Shown here: piece after piece, positions 1-9,566 of the stretch
Layout of the letters: the number at the start of each line of letters is the position of its first letter
How positions within the stretch are numbered: position 1 is the first letter of the stretch
Origin: Candidatus Omnitrophota bacterium
GTDB lineage: Bacteria; Omnitrophota; Gorgyraeia; Duberdicusellales; 4484-171
Reading direction: 5' to 3'
Assembly (NCBI GenBank): GCA_021735655.1
Contig: JAIPGM010000003.1
Coordinates: 64,001 to 128,000, forward strand
DNA length: 64,000 bases
Position numbers and translations under genes: made by a program
The notes under the pieces: model-generated
The model's database searches: none
What the model was told of the DNA's origin: nothing
Seen by the model: only the letters and a program-made list of their open reading frames with translations

Positions 1-498
1 CTCCCCTTAGGGTATGATCACAAGTATATATATTCACATATTGGTTATAATTTAAAAATTACTGATATGCAGGCAGCAATTGGTTTAGCACAACTTAAGA
101 AACTTAAGAACTTTATTTCTATTCGCAGAAAAAACTTTGACTATCTTTATAAAAATTTATCACAATATGATAAGTATATTGCTTTTCCTAAAGTTAGCAA
201 TAAGTCTAAGGTTAGCTGGTTTGGATTTCCTGTTTTGATAAAATCTGATGCGCCTTTTAAGCGGATTGAGCTAGTAAGGTACCTAGAGAAAAATAAAATT
301 GCTACTCGTATGTTATTCGGAGGAAATTTAACTAAGCAACCGGCTTATCAAGGCATAAAATATAGAGTTTCCGGAAGCTTAAATAATACTAACTTAGTTA
401 TGGACAATCTTTTTTGGATTGGTGTGTACCCAGGCATCACCAAAGATAAGCTTGATTATATAGCAAAAATATTCTCATACTTTTTTAAGAAATTATGA
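1..498 (+). CDS. DegT/DnrJ/EryC1/StrS family sugar aminotransferase (3' part; 5' end beyond the window)
   Basis: The frame is open from nt 1 and reads 'GYNLKITDMQAAIGLAQLKKL', matching the conserved 'GYNxRMxxxQAAxGLAQL' motif of PLP sugar aminotransferases. It is a paralog of the ORFs at 11080 and 18572. Confidence 0.8.
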   Translation, partial: LPLGYDHKYIYSHIGYNLKITDMQAAIGLAQLKKLKNFISIRRKNFDYLYKNLSQYDKYIAFPKVSNKSKVSWFGFPVLIKSDAPFKRIELVRYLEKNKIATRMLFGGNLTKQPAYQGIKYRVSGSLNNTNLVMDNLFWIGVYPGITKDKLDYIAKIFSYFFKKL

Positions 499-1199
499 AG
501 CTTTCGGTAATCATAACTTGCTTTAATGAGAAGGCTACTATCCTGGCAGCCATAGAGGAAGCCAGGCAGTTAGATATCGATAAAGAGATAATTGTTATTG
601 ATAATTGCTCTAGTGATGGCACGAAACAGATTCTAGAAGGGTTAGGCGATAAAACTTTACAGATTGTATTTCAACCTAAGAATTTTGGTGTCGGGCAATC
701 AGTTAAGCTTGGTGTTGAAATGGCAACCGGCGATTGTTGTTATAGCCCTTGCGCTGATTTAGAGTATAGGATGAATGATGTTTTTAAAATGATTAAAAAA
801 ATGGAGCAAAATAATTTAGATGCTGTTTTTGGGTCGCGTATTGCTGATAGAAAGAATATTTCAAAATTAGTAATTATTAAAGAAAGACCATACTATGCCG
901 CAACAATCGTGGCAACGTATCTTATCAATAAGTGGTATGGAAGAAATTTCACGGATATTATTGCTCCGAAGCTTATTAAAGCAGATATTTTTAAAAAACT
1001 AGCTATTAGTTCTAACGGCCAAGCTTTTGAGTTTGAGTTAGTCAGCAGGTTGTGTGAAGTTGGTTGTAGAATAGCTGAAGTGCCTATTTATTATAAGCCT
1101 CGGTCAGCAAAGCAAGGTAAAACTATTAAGCCTTGGGATTTTATTCCTGCTTTGTTAGCTATGATTAAAGTGAGGCTATCTAGAAAAAATAAATCATGA
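495..1199 (+). CDS. Family 2 glycosyltransferase (DPM1/ArnC-like polyprenyl-phosphate sugar synthase type)
   Basis: The N-terminus 'LSVIITCFNE...IIVIDNCSSDGT' is a GT-A signature. Its start overlaps the stop of the upstream aminotransferase by 4 nt. Confidence 0.8.
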   Translation: MKLSVIITCFNEKATILAAIEEARQLDIDKEIIVIDNCSSDGTKQILEGLGDKTLQIVFQPKNFGVGQSVKLGVEMATGDCCYSPCADLEYRMNDVFKMIKKMEQNNLDAVFGSRIADRKNISKLVIIKERPYYAATIVATYLINKWYGRNFTDIIAPKLIKADIFKKLAISSNGQAFEFELVSRLCEVGCRIAEVPIYYKPRSAKQGKTIKPWDFIPALLAMIKVRLSRKNKS

Positions 1200-2611
1200 T
1201 TCATTCTTCGAGAAAAATCTATCCTTTTTATATTTTAACTGATGTGTTTTTTATCGTTTTAAGTTTTTTTATACCTTACCTGTTAAAGTATGGCTCTTCG
1301 CAGATATCCTCTAGTTTAAATATTAAACTGCCGAATTTTGAAGAATATGTAGTGATATTTATACTTTGGGGTTTATTTATAATTATTACCTTAAATCGAA
1401 AAGGTTTCTACGCTACTGATCGCTCGCTGAGTATTCCTAAAGAAGCTTTCCGAGTATCAATAAATATTTTATATGTTAGTATTTTTGTGGCCGGATTGAT
1501 ATTTTTTACTAAGTATCAGTTTTTCTCTCGTGAAATATTCTTTAGCAACTTTGTTTTGCTTTGTGTCTTGTTATCTGGATGGAGAGCGCTTAAAAGATTA
1601 GTTTTACGAAAGTTAATATCTCAGGGATTCAAAAATGTAAATGTTTTAATTGTCGGCGCTGGAAAGATTGGTGAGAGTATTGCTGCAGAAATTTACAAAA
1701 ATCCTTATTGGGGATTTAAAATTTCAGGATTTCTTGATGATAGTAAAGTCAAGGCAGTTAGCGACTTACCGATTTTGGGAACCCTGAGTAACTTTATTTC
1801 TGTGGCCAAGAAGTACTTTATTGATGAAGTAATTATATCTATTCCTTCGGAAAGGAAAGCTGTTTCAGAACTAATCAAACAGGCCCAGAAGATGAACTTG
1901 GGTTTAAGAATCATTCCTGATAGTTTTGAAGAACCGCTTCCGGTGGTAGAGATAACTAATCTTGGGTTAATTCCTTTACTTACTTATAAAGAGAGGAAGC
2001 ACCATCCGGCAGAGTTTGCTTTAAAGCGGTTATTTGATATTTTAGTGTCTTTAATTTTGCTGATTTTATTGTTACCGGTTTTTTTAATAGTTTCAATATT
2101 AATAAAAATAGATTCAAAAGGTCCGGTTTTTTATATTCGTAAGCGCTCTGGTTTTAAAGGGAAAATATTTAGTTTTTATAAATTTCGCTCTATGGGTCAA
2201 GACGCCGATAAGCAAAAAGCCGATCTTTTGAGTAAAAATGAATCTAAAGGCAACCTTATTTTTAAGATGAAAAAAGATCCGCGAGTTACTTCGGTAGGTA
2301 AGTTTTTGCGCCGCTATAGCCTAGATGAATTACCTCAAATATTTAATGTTTTAAAGGGTGATATGAGTTTGGTTGGGCCGCGGCCTTTTCCGGTAGAAGA
2401 AAGCGATAAATTTCAGTATGAACATCTCCAGCGGTTGACGGTGCGCCCGGGAATAACCGGTTTAGCCCAGATTAGAGGCCGTTCAGACCTTTCGGTTTAC
2501 CGTTGGATTAAATGGGACCTTTGGTATGTGAACAACTGGTCTTTTCGGCTGGATTTTTTGATTCTTTGGTGGACAATTCCAGTAGTTTTAAAAGGAAGAG
2601 GAGCCTATTAA
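1196..2611 (+). CDS. Polyprenyl glycosylphosphotransferase (bacterial sugar transferase, WbaP/EpsB-like priming enzyme)
   Basis: It has N-terminal TM helices and a Rossmann 'VLIVGAGKIG' segment. The C-terminal sugar-transferase domain reads 'KRLFDILVSL...PVFYIRKRSGFKGKIFSFYKFRSM...DELPQIFNVLKGDMSLVGPRP'. Confidence 0.85.
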   Translation: MIHSSRKIYPFYILTDVFFIVLSFFIPYLLKYGSSQISSSLNIKLPNFEEYVVIFILWGLFIIITLNRKGFYATDRSLSIPKEAFRVSINILYVSIFVAGLIFFTKYQFFSREIFFSNFVLLCVLLSGWRALKRLVLRKLISQGFKNVNVLIVGAGKIGESIAAEIYKNPYWGFKISGFLDDSKVKAVSDLPILGTLSNFISVAKKYFIDEVIISIPSERKAVSELIKQAQKMNLGLRIIPDSFEEPLPVVEITNLGLIPLLTYKERKHHPAEFALKRLFDILVSLILLILLLPVFLIVSILIKIDSKGPVFYIRKRSGFKGKIFSFYKFRSMGQDADKQKADLLSKNESKGNLIFKMKKDPRVTSVGKFLRRYSLDELPQIFNVLKGDMSLVGPRPFPVEESDKFQYEHLQRLTVRPGITGLAQIRGRSDLSVYRWIKWDLWYVNNWSFRLDFLILWWTIPVVLKGRGAY

Positions 2612-2693
2612 TCTGCGTAATCTCTGCAAAAGATTTATTTTTTCCAAACCGACCATTTTTTTCGCAATATTTATCTTAGTTTCTAGTTCATTC

Positions 2694-3140
2694 ATGCGTC
2701 AGGTGATGAATTTTGTTAAGGCTAATATTGGAGAATTTGGGTTTAGAACTTTAATAAGCTTAATTTTACTAGCTGTCGGATTAGTTTTTGTAGTTTTTGC
2801 AATAAAGAAAATACCGAGCTTAGGGAGAGGTTTTTTTCTTGTTGGACTAACAGCTGTTAGTTTATTATTAGTTTGGCAGATAGAGATAGCTGAGGAAAAA
2901 ATTCATTTATTTGAGTTTGCAGTTTTAGGTTGGCTAGCTTTTAAAGATACTTGGAGTAAAGATAAAAAATCTAAAGGAGTTATTTTAGCTTTAGTTTTTA
3001 CCTTTGCTGTGGGCGTTCTAGATGAAGGATTTCAGGCGGTACTACCCTATCGTTATTTTCAAGGCTGGGATATTTTTTTGAATTGTTTAGGGGGTCTTTG
3101 GGGGGTGCTGTCATTTTTAATTTTCAGAGGCGCAAGATGA
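2694..3140 (+). CDS. VanZ-like small membrane protein
   Basis: It is a 4-TM protein with a 'VLDEGFQAVLPYRYFQGWD' segment resembling the VanZ family. The call is tentative. Confidence 0.45.
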   Translation: MRQVMNFVKANIGEFGFRTLISLILLAVGLVFVVFAIKKIPSLGRGFFLVGLTAVSLLLVWQIEIAEEKIHLFEFAVLGWLAFKDTWSKDKKSKGVILALVFTFAVGVLDEGFQAVLPYRYFQGWDIFLNCLGGLWGVLSFLIFRGAR

Positions 3141-3979
3141 GAAAGTCTCTATTTTTCTTTTTGTTCACATTTTTCGTTTTTTCTTTTTCTGTTTTCGCTG
3201 ATCAGCAATTAGAAATTCATTTTATTGATGTCGGAGAAGGTAATTCCATTTTTATCGAAACGCCCGGCGGCGAAGTAGTCTTAATTGATGCTGGAAATTT
3301 AATTAGTGGATTTAAGTTGTCGAAATATCTAAAAAAGAATAAAGTTGAAAAAATAGATCATCTTATCTTTACTCATCCTCATCTTGATCATATTGGCGGC
3401 AGTTTTTTCGTAACTCAAGAGTTTCAGATAGAGAATACTTATGATAGCGGAGAGGATTTATTGAATCTGGCTAAAGAGCAAGATGTCTATCGTTGGTATG
3501 CGGATTTAGTAAGAGAGGATAGCAGATATCGAGTTTTAACGGCTGGCGATGGACTTTTAACTGGTGAGGTAAGCTTTAAGGTGCTATGGCCTCGGGATCT
3601 ATCGCTAGGGTCTGATTTTAATATTAATTCTTTAGTGATTATGATAAAATATAAAGATTTTAGATGCCTTTTAATGGCTGATGCGACTATTGAGGCTGAG
3701 CGAGAACTTCTTAAAAGAGGAGAAGTTTTGGGAGCCGATATTCTAAAAGTTGGTCATCACGGTTTTCGTGATGCGTCTTCAGAGCAGTTTTTAGGGGCGG
3801 TATCAGCTGATGTGGCCATAATTAGTGTTAACAAGGATAATCTTCGCGGTTATCCTTCATTAGAGGTTTTAGAGCGCCTAAAAAAAGAAAAAGCCGTAAT
3901 TTATCGAACTGATAAAAGTGGAACTATAGTTATTGAAGTAAATTCTAAAGGGGAATTTTTAGTTAAGGAGGAGTTTTGA
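3137..3979 (+). CDS. Secreted MBL-fold metallo-hydrolase (ComEC-type lactamase_B domain)
   Basis: The start is placed at the internal ATG that yields the signal peptide 'MRKSLFFFLFTFFVFSFSVFA'. The sequence carries 'HFIDVGEGNSIFIE...VLIDAG' and 'FTHPHLDHIGG' (HxHxDH). Confidence 0.7.
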   Translation: MRKSLFFFLFTFFVFSFSVFADQQLEIHFIDVGEGNSIFIETPGGEVVLIDAGNLISGFKLSKYLKKNKVEKIDHLIFTHPHLDHIGGSFFVTQEFQIENTYDSGEDLLNLAKEQDVYRWYADLVREDSRYRVLTAGDGLLTGEVSFKVLWPRDLSLGSDFNINSLVIMIKYKDFRCLLMADATIEAERELLKRGEVLGADILKVGHHGFRDASSEQFLGAVSADVAIISVNKDNLRGYPSLEVLERLKKEKAVIYRTDKSGTIVIEVNSKGEFLVKEEF

Positions 3980-5235
3980 CTGAAAGCCAAAAAATGAAGA
4001 TAGTAGATATAATCGATAGGATTGCTGTTTTTTTCTTTGCAGTTTTAATATTTTTTCTTCCTATTTCTAATGCTGCGATTGAGTCTTGTTTTGGGTTTAT
4101 TTACTTATGCTTCATAACCAGATGTTTTTTTAAGCGGCCGACCCTAAGAGCAATAAGAGAGTTTTTTGCCAATAGGGTAAATTTGTCGTTATTGGTTTTT
4201 TATTGCATTGCCGGAATATCAATGTTAGCCACAGGGTCTTTAATTGGTAAAAGTTTTAATGCTTGGTTCTTTAAATGGGGTGAGGGATTTTTACTATTTT
4301 ATTTTGCTCAAGTTTTTATAAAAAAGGAACATATAAAATATTTATTAGTAGTATTTTTCTGTTCTGCTTTTTTGATTTGCATCAATGGCATATATCAAAA
4401 AATATTTTATTCTGGTTTTATAAGAAATTTCAACCTGTCCATTTTATCAAGTAATTCCGGAATCGCTGCGGTTAGGTCTACTTTTCTTCATTATAATGAT
4501 TTTTCTAGTTATCTAACAGTTATATTTTTTTTGACTTTAGGATTTTTTCTTGACGAAAAAAAAATTATTCGAAGATTATTTATTTTTTGTTTATTCTCGG
4601 TGCTATTAGTTAATTTGTTATTTACACTTTCGCGAGGAGCTTGGCTAGCTTTAATAGTCGTTAGCTTTTTTTCAATAATTATTTTTTTTAGTAAAAGAAG
4701 GATAGCATTATCTTTATTTATTTTGGCCATTCTTGCGGGTACTTTATTCTTAATTCCAGGGTTTAACGGTAGGCTTGTGAGTATTTTCCAAGTTGGCGGT
4801 GATGCTGGTAGATTTTTTATATGGAAAACAGCGATGCTTATGTTTAAGGAATCCCCGTTACTAGGAAGAGGCCCAGGGTTATTCATGGATTATATGAATA
4901 GCTATCAATATCGAGGTATGAGCGGCCTAGGCTTTGCAAGCCCTCTGTATGCCCATAACTGTTACTTGCAAATTCTGGCTGAAATGGGAATATTTGGATT
5001 GTTGTCGTTTTTTTGGTTTTTGGGAGAGTTATTAAAGAAAGGCTATCGTAGGACAAGAAAGAGTGGAGACTTTTTGCTTTTAGGAATATTATTAGCCTTA
5101 GTTGCCTTTTTAATTCATTCTTTTTTTGATACCCAATTCTATTCATTAAAGTTATCGATTTTATTTTGGTTGCTTGTTTCGTTTCTTGGAGTGTGTATTA
5201 CAAAAGAGTCGCCAAAGGTAATTACTAGAAATTAA
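3976..5235 (+). CDS. O-antigen ligase family membrane protein (Wzy_C/WaaL-like)
   Basis: It is a polytopic membrane protein with the large periplasmic loop typical of O-antigen ligases/polymerases. The surrounding glycan-island context supports the call. Confidence 0.65.
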   Translation: MTESQKMKIVDIIDRIAVFFFAVLIFFLPISNAAIESCFGFIYLCFITRCFFKRPTLRAIREFFANRVNLSLLVFYCIAGISMLATGSLIGKSFNAWFFKWGEGFLLFYFAQVFIKKEHIKYLLVVFFCSAFLICINGIYQKIFYSGFIRNFNLSILSSNSGIAAVRSTFLHYNDFSSYLTVIFFLTLGFFLDEKKIIRRLFIFCLFSVLLVNLLFTLSRGAWLALIVVSFFSIIIFFSKRRIALSLFILAILAGTLFLIPGFNGRLVSIFQVGGDAGRFFIWKTAMLMFKESPLLGRGPGLFMDYMNSYQYRGMSGLGFASPLYAHNCYLQILAEMGIFGLLSFFWFLGELLKKGYRRTRKSGDFLLLGILLALVAFLIHSFFDTQFYSLKLSILFWLLVSFLGVCITKESPKVITRN

Positions 5236-5239
5236 AGAA

Positions 5240-6598
5240 ATGTTTTTTAAACCGAGAAAGAAAAAAGCATTTGTTATTGGCCTAGATTGTGCTCCGCCGA
5301 GACTTCTCTTTGATAAATTTAAAGATGAGCTGCCTAATTTCAAGATGATGCTAGATAAAGGGGTTCATTGTCCTATGCGTTCAGTGCATCCGCCGATTAC
5401 AATTCCAGCCTGGATGAGCATGTGCTCTGGCTTGGATGTTGGCGAGATTGGCGTTTATGGGTTTAGAACCCGAAAAGATAATTCTTATACAGAATTTGAT
5501 ATCTCTACTTCTAAAAAGTTTTCTCAAATCGATAAGATTTGGGATATTTTAGCAAAATTAAAAAAGAAAAGTGTTCTTGTAGGTGTTCCTCCAAGTTACC
5601 CAACTTATCATATTGATGGAGGTATGATTTCGGGATTTATTTGTCCTGACGCAGCCAGTAATTTTACTTATCCTGAAAGCTTAAAGGGTGAAATTGAAGA
5701 GTTAGTTGGAGAATATAAACTTGATGTGGTGTTTAGAACCGAAGATCGAGATAAGCTAATAAAATCTGCCTGGGAGATGACCGAGAAGAGATTCAAGGTT
5801 ATTGAGTACTTAATAAAAAATAAACAGTGGGATTTTTTTATGTTCGTTGAGATTGGCGTAGACAGAATTCAGCATGCTTTTTGGAAATATTATGATCCGT
5901 CACACCATCTTTATCAACCTGAGCATAAGTATAAAAACGTCATTTTCGATTACTATAAATTTATTGATCAAAAAGTTGGAAAGATTCTTTCAGTTTTGGA
6001 TAAAGATACTACTGTTTTTACAGTATCCGATCACGGGGCAAAGTCAATGAAAGGAGTTTTTTGTCTTAATGAATGGCTTATTGATAAAGGTTATTTAGTG
6101 TTAAATAAATATCCTGATAAGATAGCCAGCTTCAATCAGCTAGATGTTGATTGGCAAAAAACTCGGGCCTGGGGTTGGGGAGGCCATTGTGGAAGGATTT
6201 TTATTAATAAAAAGAACCGCGAAACTCAAGGGTTAGTTAGAGATTCTGAATATGAGAGTTTGCGCGACGGTCTAATTAAGGAGTTAGAAAATGAAACCGA
6301 TCCTTTAGGTAAACCTTGGAATACGAAAGTTTATAAGCCTAAGGATGTCTATAAAGTGTTAAATGGAACCCCTTCGGACCTTGTGGCTTATTTTGATGAC
6401 TTAGCATATAGGGGTGCAGGTACCGTAGGGCATAAAAAGATTTTTCTAGAAGAAAACGATACTGGTCCTGACGATGCCGCACATGATTGGCAAGGTGTAT
6501 TTATTGAGTATAGTCCTTTAAGTAAAAGTGCAGAAGAATTAAACCAAATAAGCATCCTTGATTTCAAAGATAGAGTATTAAAGAGCATGGGAATATGA
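5240..6598 (+). CDS. Alkaline-phosphatase superfamily protein (type I phosphodiesterase/nucleotide pyrophosphatase family), soluble
   Basis: The N-terminal segment 'AFVIGLDCAPPRLLF' matches the 'IGLDGCDW' segment of the ORF at 7697, so the two are paralogs. The metal-ligand region reads 'TVSDHG'. Confidence 0.55.
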   Translation: MFFKPRKKKAFVIGLDCAPPRLLFDKFKDELPNFKMMLDKGVHCPMRSVHPPITIPAWMSMCSGLDVGEIGVYGFRTRKDNSYTEFDISTSKKFSQIDKIWDILAKLKKKSVLVGVPPSYPTYHIDGGMISGFICPDAASNFTYPESLKGEIEELVGEYKLDVVFRTEDRDKLIKSAWEMTEKRFKVIEYLIKNKQWDFFMFVEIGVDRIQHAFWKYYDPSHHLYQPEHKYKNVIFDYYKFIDQKVGKILSVLDKDTTVFTVSDHGAKSMKGVFCLNEWLIDKGYLVLNKYPDKIASFNQLDVDWQKTRAWGWGGHCGRIFINKKNRETQGLVRDSEYESLRDGLIKELENETDPLGKPWNTKVYKPKDVYKVLNGTPSDLVAYFDDLAYRGAGTVGHKKIFLEENDTGPDDAAHDWQGVFIEYSPLSKSAEELNQISILDFKDRVLKSMGI

Positions 6599-7668
6599 AA
6601 TCATTTTTAATTATTAATCCTTTTGGTATCGGTGATGTTTTGTTTTCTACACCGTTGATAAGGAACATTAAGGAAAACTTGCCTGAAAGTAAGATTTTCT
6701 ACCTTTGCAATCGACGCGCCCAACCGATTCTAGAAAATCACCCCTTAATAGATAAGTGTTTTATCTATGAAAGGGATGAATTCGAAGCCATAAGAAAGAG
6801 ATCAAAGATAAGCTGGTTTAAAAAAATATTAAGTTTTATATCTGAAATAAAAAAAGAGAAAATTGACGTTGCTTTAGACCTGTCTTTAAATCCGCAATTT
6901 GGATTTTTATCTTTTATTGCCGGGATAAAAGAGCGAGTTGGTTATGATTATAAACGGCGGGGTCGATTTTTAACTAAAAAAATTAAGTTTTCCGGCTATA
7001 AGGATAAACATGTCATTGAATATTACCTTGATCTTCTAAAATACATTAATTTAGAACCAATTCATCGAAAAACCGAGCTATTTTTGAGTAAAATAGATAA
7101 AAACAAGTTAGATCTTTGGCAAAGATATAATTTATCTGAAACTAATTTAAATATAGTTATAGCGCCTTGTGGCGGTGCAAGTTGGGGTTTAGAGGCAGGT
7201 TATAAACATTGGAACCTTGAGAAATTTGCTCAGCTAGCCGATAGAAGTATAAGCGAGCTTAAAGCTAGAGTAATCTTAGCCGGCAGTAGACAGGAAAAGG
7301 AAGCCATTGAAAAGGTTGAACGGTTAATGAGCAATAAGCCTCAGAAAGCGATCGGTCTAGAACTTGAAGATTTCCTTGCTATCTTAGCCAAAAGTCAGCT
7401 GGCAGTAGTCAATGACGGTGGAGTATTGCATATGGCCGTAGCCTTGGGGATTAAAACTGTATCTATCTTTGGTCCGGTCAATGAAGTAGTCTATGGGCCT
7501 TACCCGATTGATTCTAGTAAGCATGTTGTGCTTAAGGTTGATATAGGTTGTCGGCCGTGCTATGTAAATTTTCGTTTGCCAGAATGTGTTTATAATAAAA
7601 AATGTTTGAACGATCTCGAAGTCAGTGAAGTTTTTAAAGCGGTTAAGTCTTTAATGGATAAAAAATAG
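6595..7668 (+). CDS. Family 9 glycosyltransferase (LPS heptosyltransferase family)
   Basis: The N-terminus reads 'FGIGDVLFSTPLIRNIKENLP'. The C-terminal 'VVNDGGVLHMAVALGIKTVSIFGP' is typical of GT9. Confidence 0.75.
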   Translation: MKSFLIINPFGIGDVLFSTPLIRNIKENLPESKIFYLCNRRAQPILENHPLIDKCFIYERDEFEAIRKRSKISWFKKILSFISEIKKEKIDVALDLSLNPQFGFLSFIAGIKERVGYDYKRRGRFLTKKIKFSGYKDKHVIEYYLDLLKYINLEPIHRKTELFLSKIDKNKLDLWQRYNLSETNLNIVIAPCGGASWGLEAGYKHWNLEKFAQLADRSISELKARVILAGSRQEKEAIEKVERLMSNKPQKAIGLELEDFLAILAKSQLAVVNDGGVLHMAVALGIKTVSIFGPVNEVVYGPYPIDSSKHVVLKVDIGCRPCYVNFRLPECVYNKKCLNDLEVSEVFKAVKSLMDKK

Positions 7669-7696
7669 TCTGAAGTTAATTTAATAATTTAAGCTA

Positions 7697-9565
7697 ATGG
7701 ATATTTTTATTATTGGAATATTGTGGGCTGCGGCGACTTTTTTTCTTTTTGGGGTCATTGTTGGGATAGGAATAAGTTTTCTAAATAGGTTTAATTTTTC
7801 CTTTATTGGAAACCTATGGTTTTATTTTCTGACCGGCCTTTCCTATATAGCTTATTTAGGCGTAAGAATTATACCCTTGGCTGGTTTGTTGGGATTAATA
7901 TTGGAGGGGTTGCTTGGCATATCAAGATCTGCAGTTATTTTAGTATATCTTGGCTGCACGATTAATCTTCTGACTTACTTTTTTGCCAAATGGTATATTA
8001 CTGGAAAAGAAATACCCTCGACCGTCATAAGTTTCATCCCGGTGGTTCTTTTGGTAATTTTTCGTGAAAGTTTTTCATTGAAAATTATTACTTCTTTGGG
8101 TGCGGTTTGGCTGAGCTTAGTAATTTCAATTAGCTTTCTGGCAGCTTTAATAAGAACTTTTTTTCGTAAGAAAACTACTGGCCAAAAAAGCCAAATTAAA
8201 CCTAATAATTCTTTAAAGCCGGAAGTCAACCAGGTTAATAAAAAAGTAGCTTTTATAGGATTAGATGGTTGCGATTGGCAGTTATTAAAGAGATTTATAG
8301 ATCAAGGTAAATTGCTTACTTTCCGAAGGCTTATTGACGGGGGGGCGTCAGCTAGGCTTAAAACTATTCAGCCGACTCTCTCGCCTTTAATTTGGAACTC
8401 TATACTTACTGGCAAATCGCCTTCCGATCACGGTATCGCCCATTGGTATAAAACTAAATTTCCCCTTCTGCCTCCAGTCGTAGGGGATATTGTCCATCCG
8501 CGCTATTGCCGTTCGAAGCGGATTATTTTATGGTTAATAAAGAAAAATCTGATTAGAAGAATTCCTTTTTCAACCGAGGATAGAGGAGTTAAGGCCATTT
8601 GGAATATATTATCTGATTACGATAAGAGCTCTATTAACGTAGGGTGGATTTTTAGCTGGCCAGCTGAAAAGATTAGGGGGGTTCAGGTAAGTTGGCTTTT
8701 TTATCCTTTTGAGGAGGCAGCTCAAGGTTTTAAAAGATTTAGCTCAAGCAAATTGCCTCAAAGAGTCTATCCGGAAAGTCTATTTGCTGATCTTGAGCGT
8801 TTCATTGTTAGGCCTTCTGATTTAGCCGATGCTGAGTTACGCAGTATGCATTTTACAACCGAAAGTATTAATCCTGAGAAACTTTATGTTGATAAGTTAA
8901 GTCCCTGGGATTATACTAAAGACAAAACTTTTTTACAGGTTAGCAGTTATTTGCTCGACCAAAATAAAGAGTTTGATTTTTTCTCTTTATATCTTTATGG
9001 AATTGACGCCGTTTGTCATAATTACTGGCCATTTTCTAAAGATGCAAGCAACAATCAAAAGCATAAAAACGAGCTACTTTCAGTTAGCGACAGCGAAAAA
9101 TTTAAAAAAGAGGCTGAATCGTTTGATAAATGTATTTTGCGTTATTATGAATATTTAGATAGTGAAATTGCTAAACTTTTAAGTAAGCTTGGTCAAGATT
9201 GCAATATAGTCATAGCTTCTGACCACGGATTTAATTTAGACGGTAGTGAACATGAGAATGCCCCCGATGCGGTGTTGATTGCTTATGGACCTTATATCGC
9301 TAAGGGTAAAAACTTAAGTTCTCTTTCGATATATGATGTTTTGCCTACGGTTTTATGCTTGTTGGGCTTACCATTGGCAAATGATATGCCGGGCAGGGTA
9401 GCTAAGGAGTTGTTTAGCGATCAATTTTTGAATGCTTTTCCTTTTAACTATATTGATAGTTACGAACACACTAGCGATAAGTTAAATGATAGGAGCTTTA
9501 AATTGGATGAGGCTAGCCGCAAAGGTATAGAAGAACGCCTTAGGTCCTTAGGTTATATAGATTAA
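7697..9565 (+). CDS. Membrane-anchored alkaline-phosphatase superfamily protein (N-terminal 5 TM + phosphodiesterase/phosphotransferase domain)
   Basis: About 170 aa of TM helices precede 'VAFIGLDGCDWQLL...TIQPTLSPLIWNSILTG...IASDHGF'. It is a paralog of the ORF at 5240. Confidence 0.55.
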   Translation: MDIFIIGILWAAATFFLFGVIVGIGISFLNRFNFSFIGNLWFYFLTGLSYIAYLGVRIIPLAGLLGLILEGLLGISRSAVILVYLGCTINLLTYFFAKWYITGKEIPSTVISFIPVVLLVIFRESFSLKIITSLGAVWLSLVISISFLAALIRTFFRKKTTGQKSQIKPNNSLKPEVNQVNKKVAFIGLDGCDWQLLKRFIDQGKLLTFRRLIDGGASARLKTIQPTLSPLIWNSILTGKSPSDHGIAHWYKTKFPLLPPVVGDIVHPRYCRSKRIILWLIKKNLIRRIPFSTEDRGVKAIWNILSDYDKSSINVGWIFSWPAEKIRGVQVSWLFYPFEEAAQGFKRFSSSKLPQRVYPESLFADLERFIVRPSDLADAELRSMHFTTESINPEKLYVDKLSPWDYTKDKTFLQVSSYLLDQNKEFDFFSLYLYGIDAVCHNYWPFSKDASNNQKHKNELLSVSDSEKFKKEAESFDKCILRYYEYLDSEIAKLLSKLGQDCNIVIASDHGFNLDGSEHENAPDAVLIAYGPYIAKGKNLSSLSIYDVLPTVLCLLGLPLANDMPGRVAKELFSDQFLNAFPFNYIDSYEHTSDKLNDRSFKLDEASRKGIEERLRSLGYID

Positions 9566-9566
9566 T

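Noticed and set aside
1705-1914. 69-aa minus-strand ORF inside the sugar-transferase gene
   Set aside because: It lies entirely antisense within a well-supported CDS and has no RBS or family signal. It is typical AT-rich spurious ORF.
4509-5146. Two minus-strand ORFs (125 and 87 aa) inside the O-antigen ligase gene
   Set aside because: They are antisense to a polytopic membrane protein CDS and have low-complexity translations. The same reasoning applies to 5161-5343, 7975-8229, 9579-9791, 12316-12513, 12812-13048, 13784-13981, 21226-21657, 24557-24856, 29355-30386, 31400-31855, 48026-48244, 48934-49158, 50831-51313, 52549-52773, 53894-54151, 55054-55242, 57398-57631, 60513-60728, 61029-61307 and 61720-61923.
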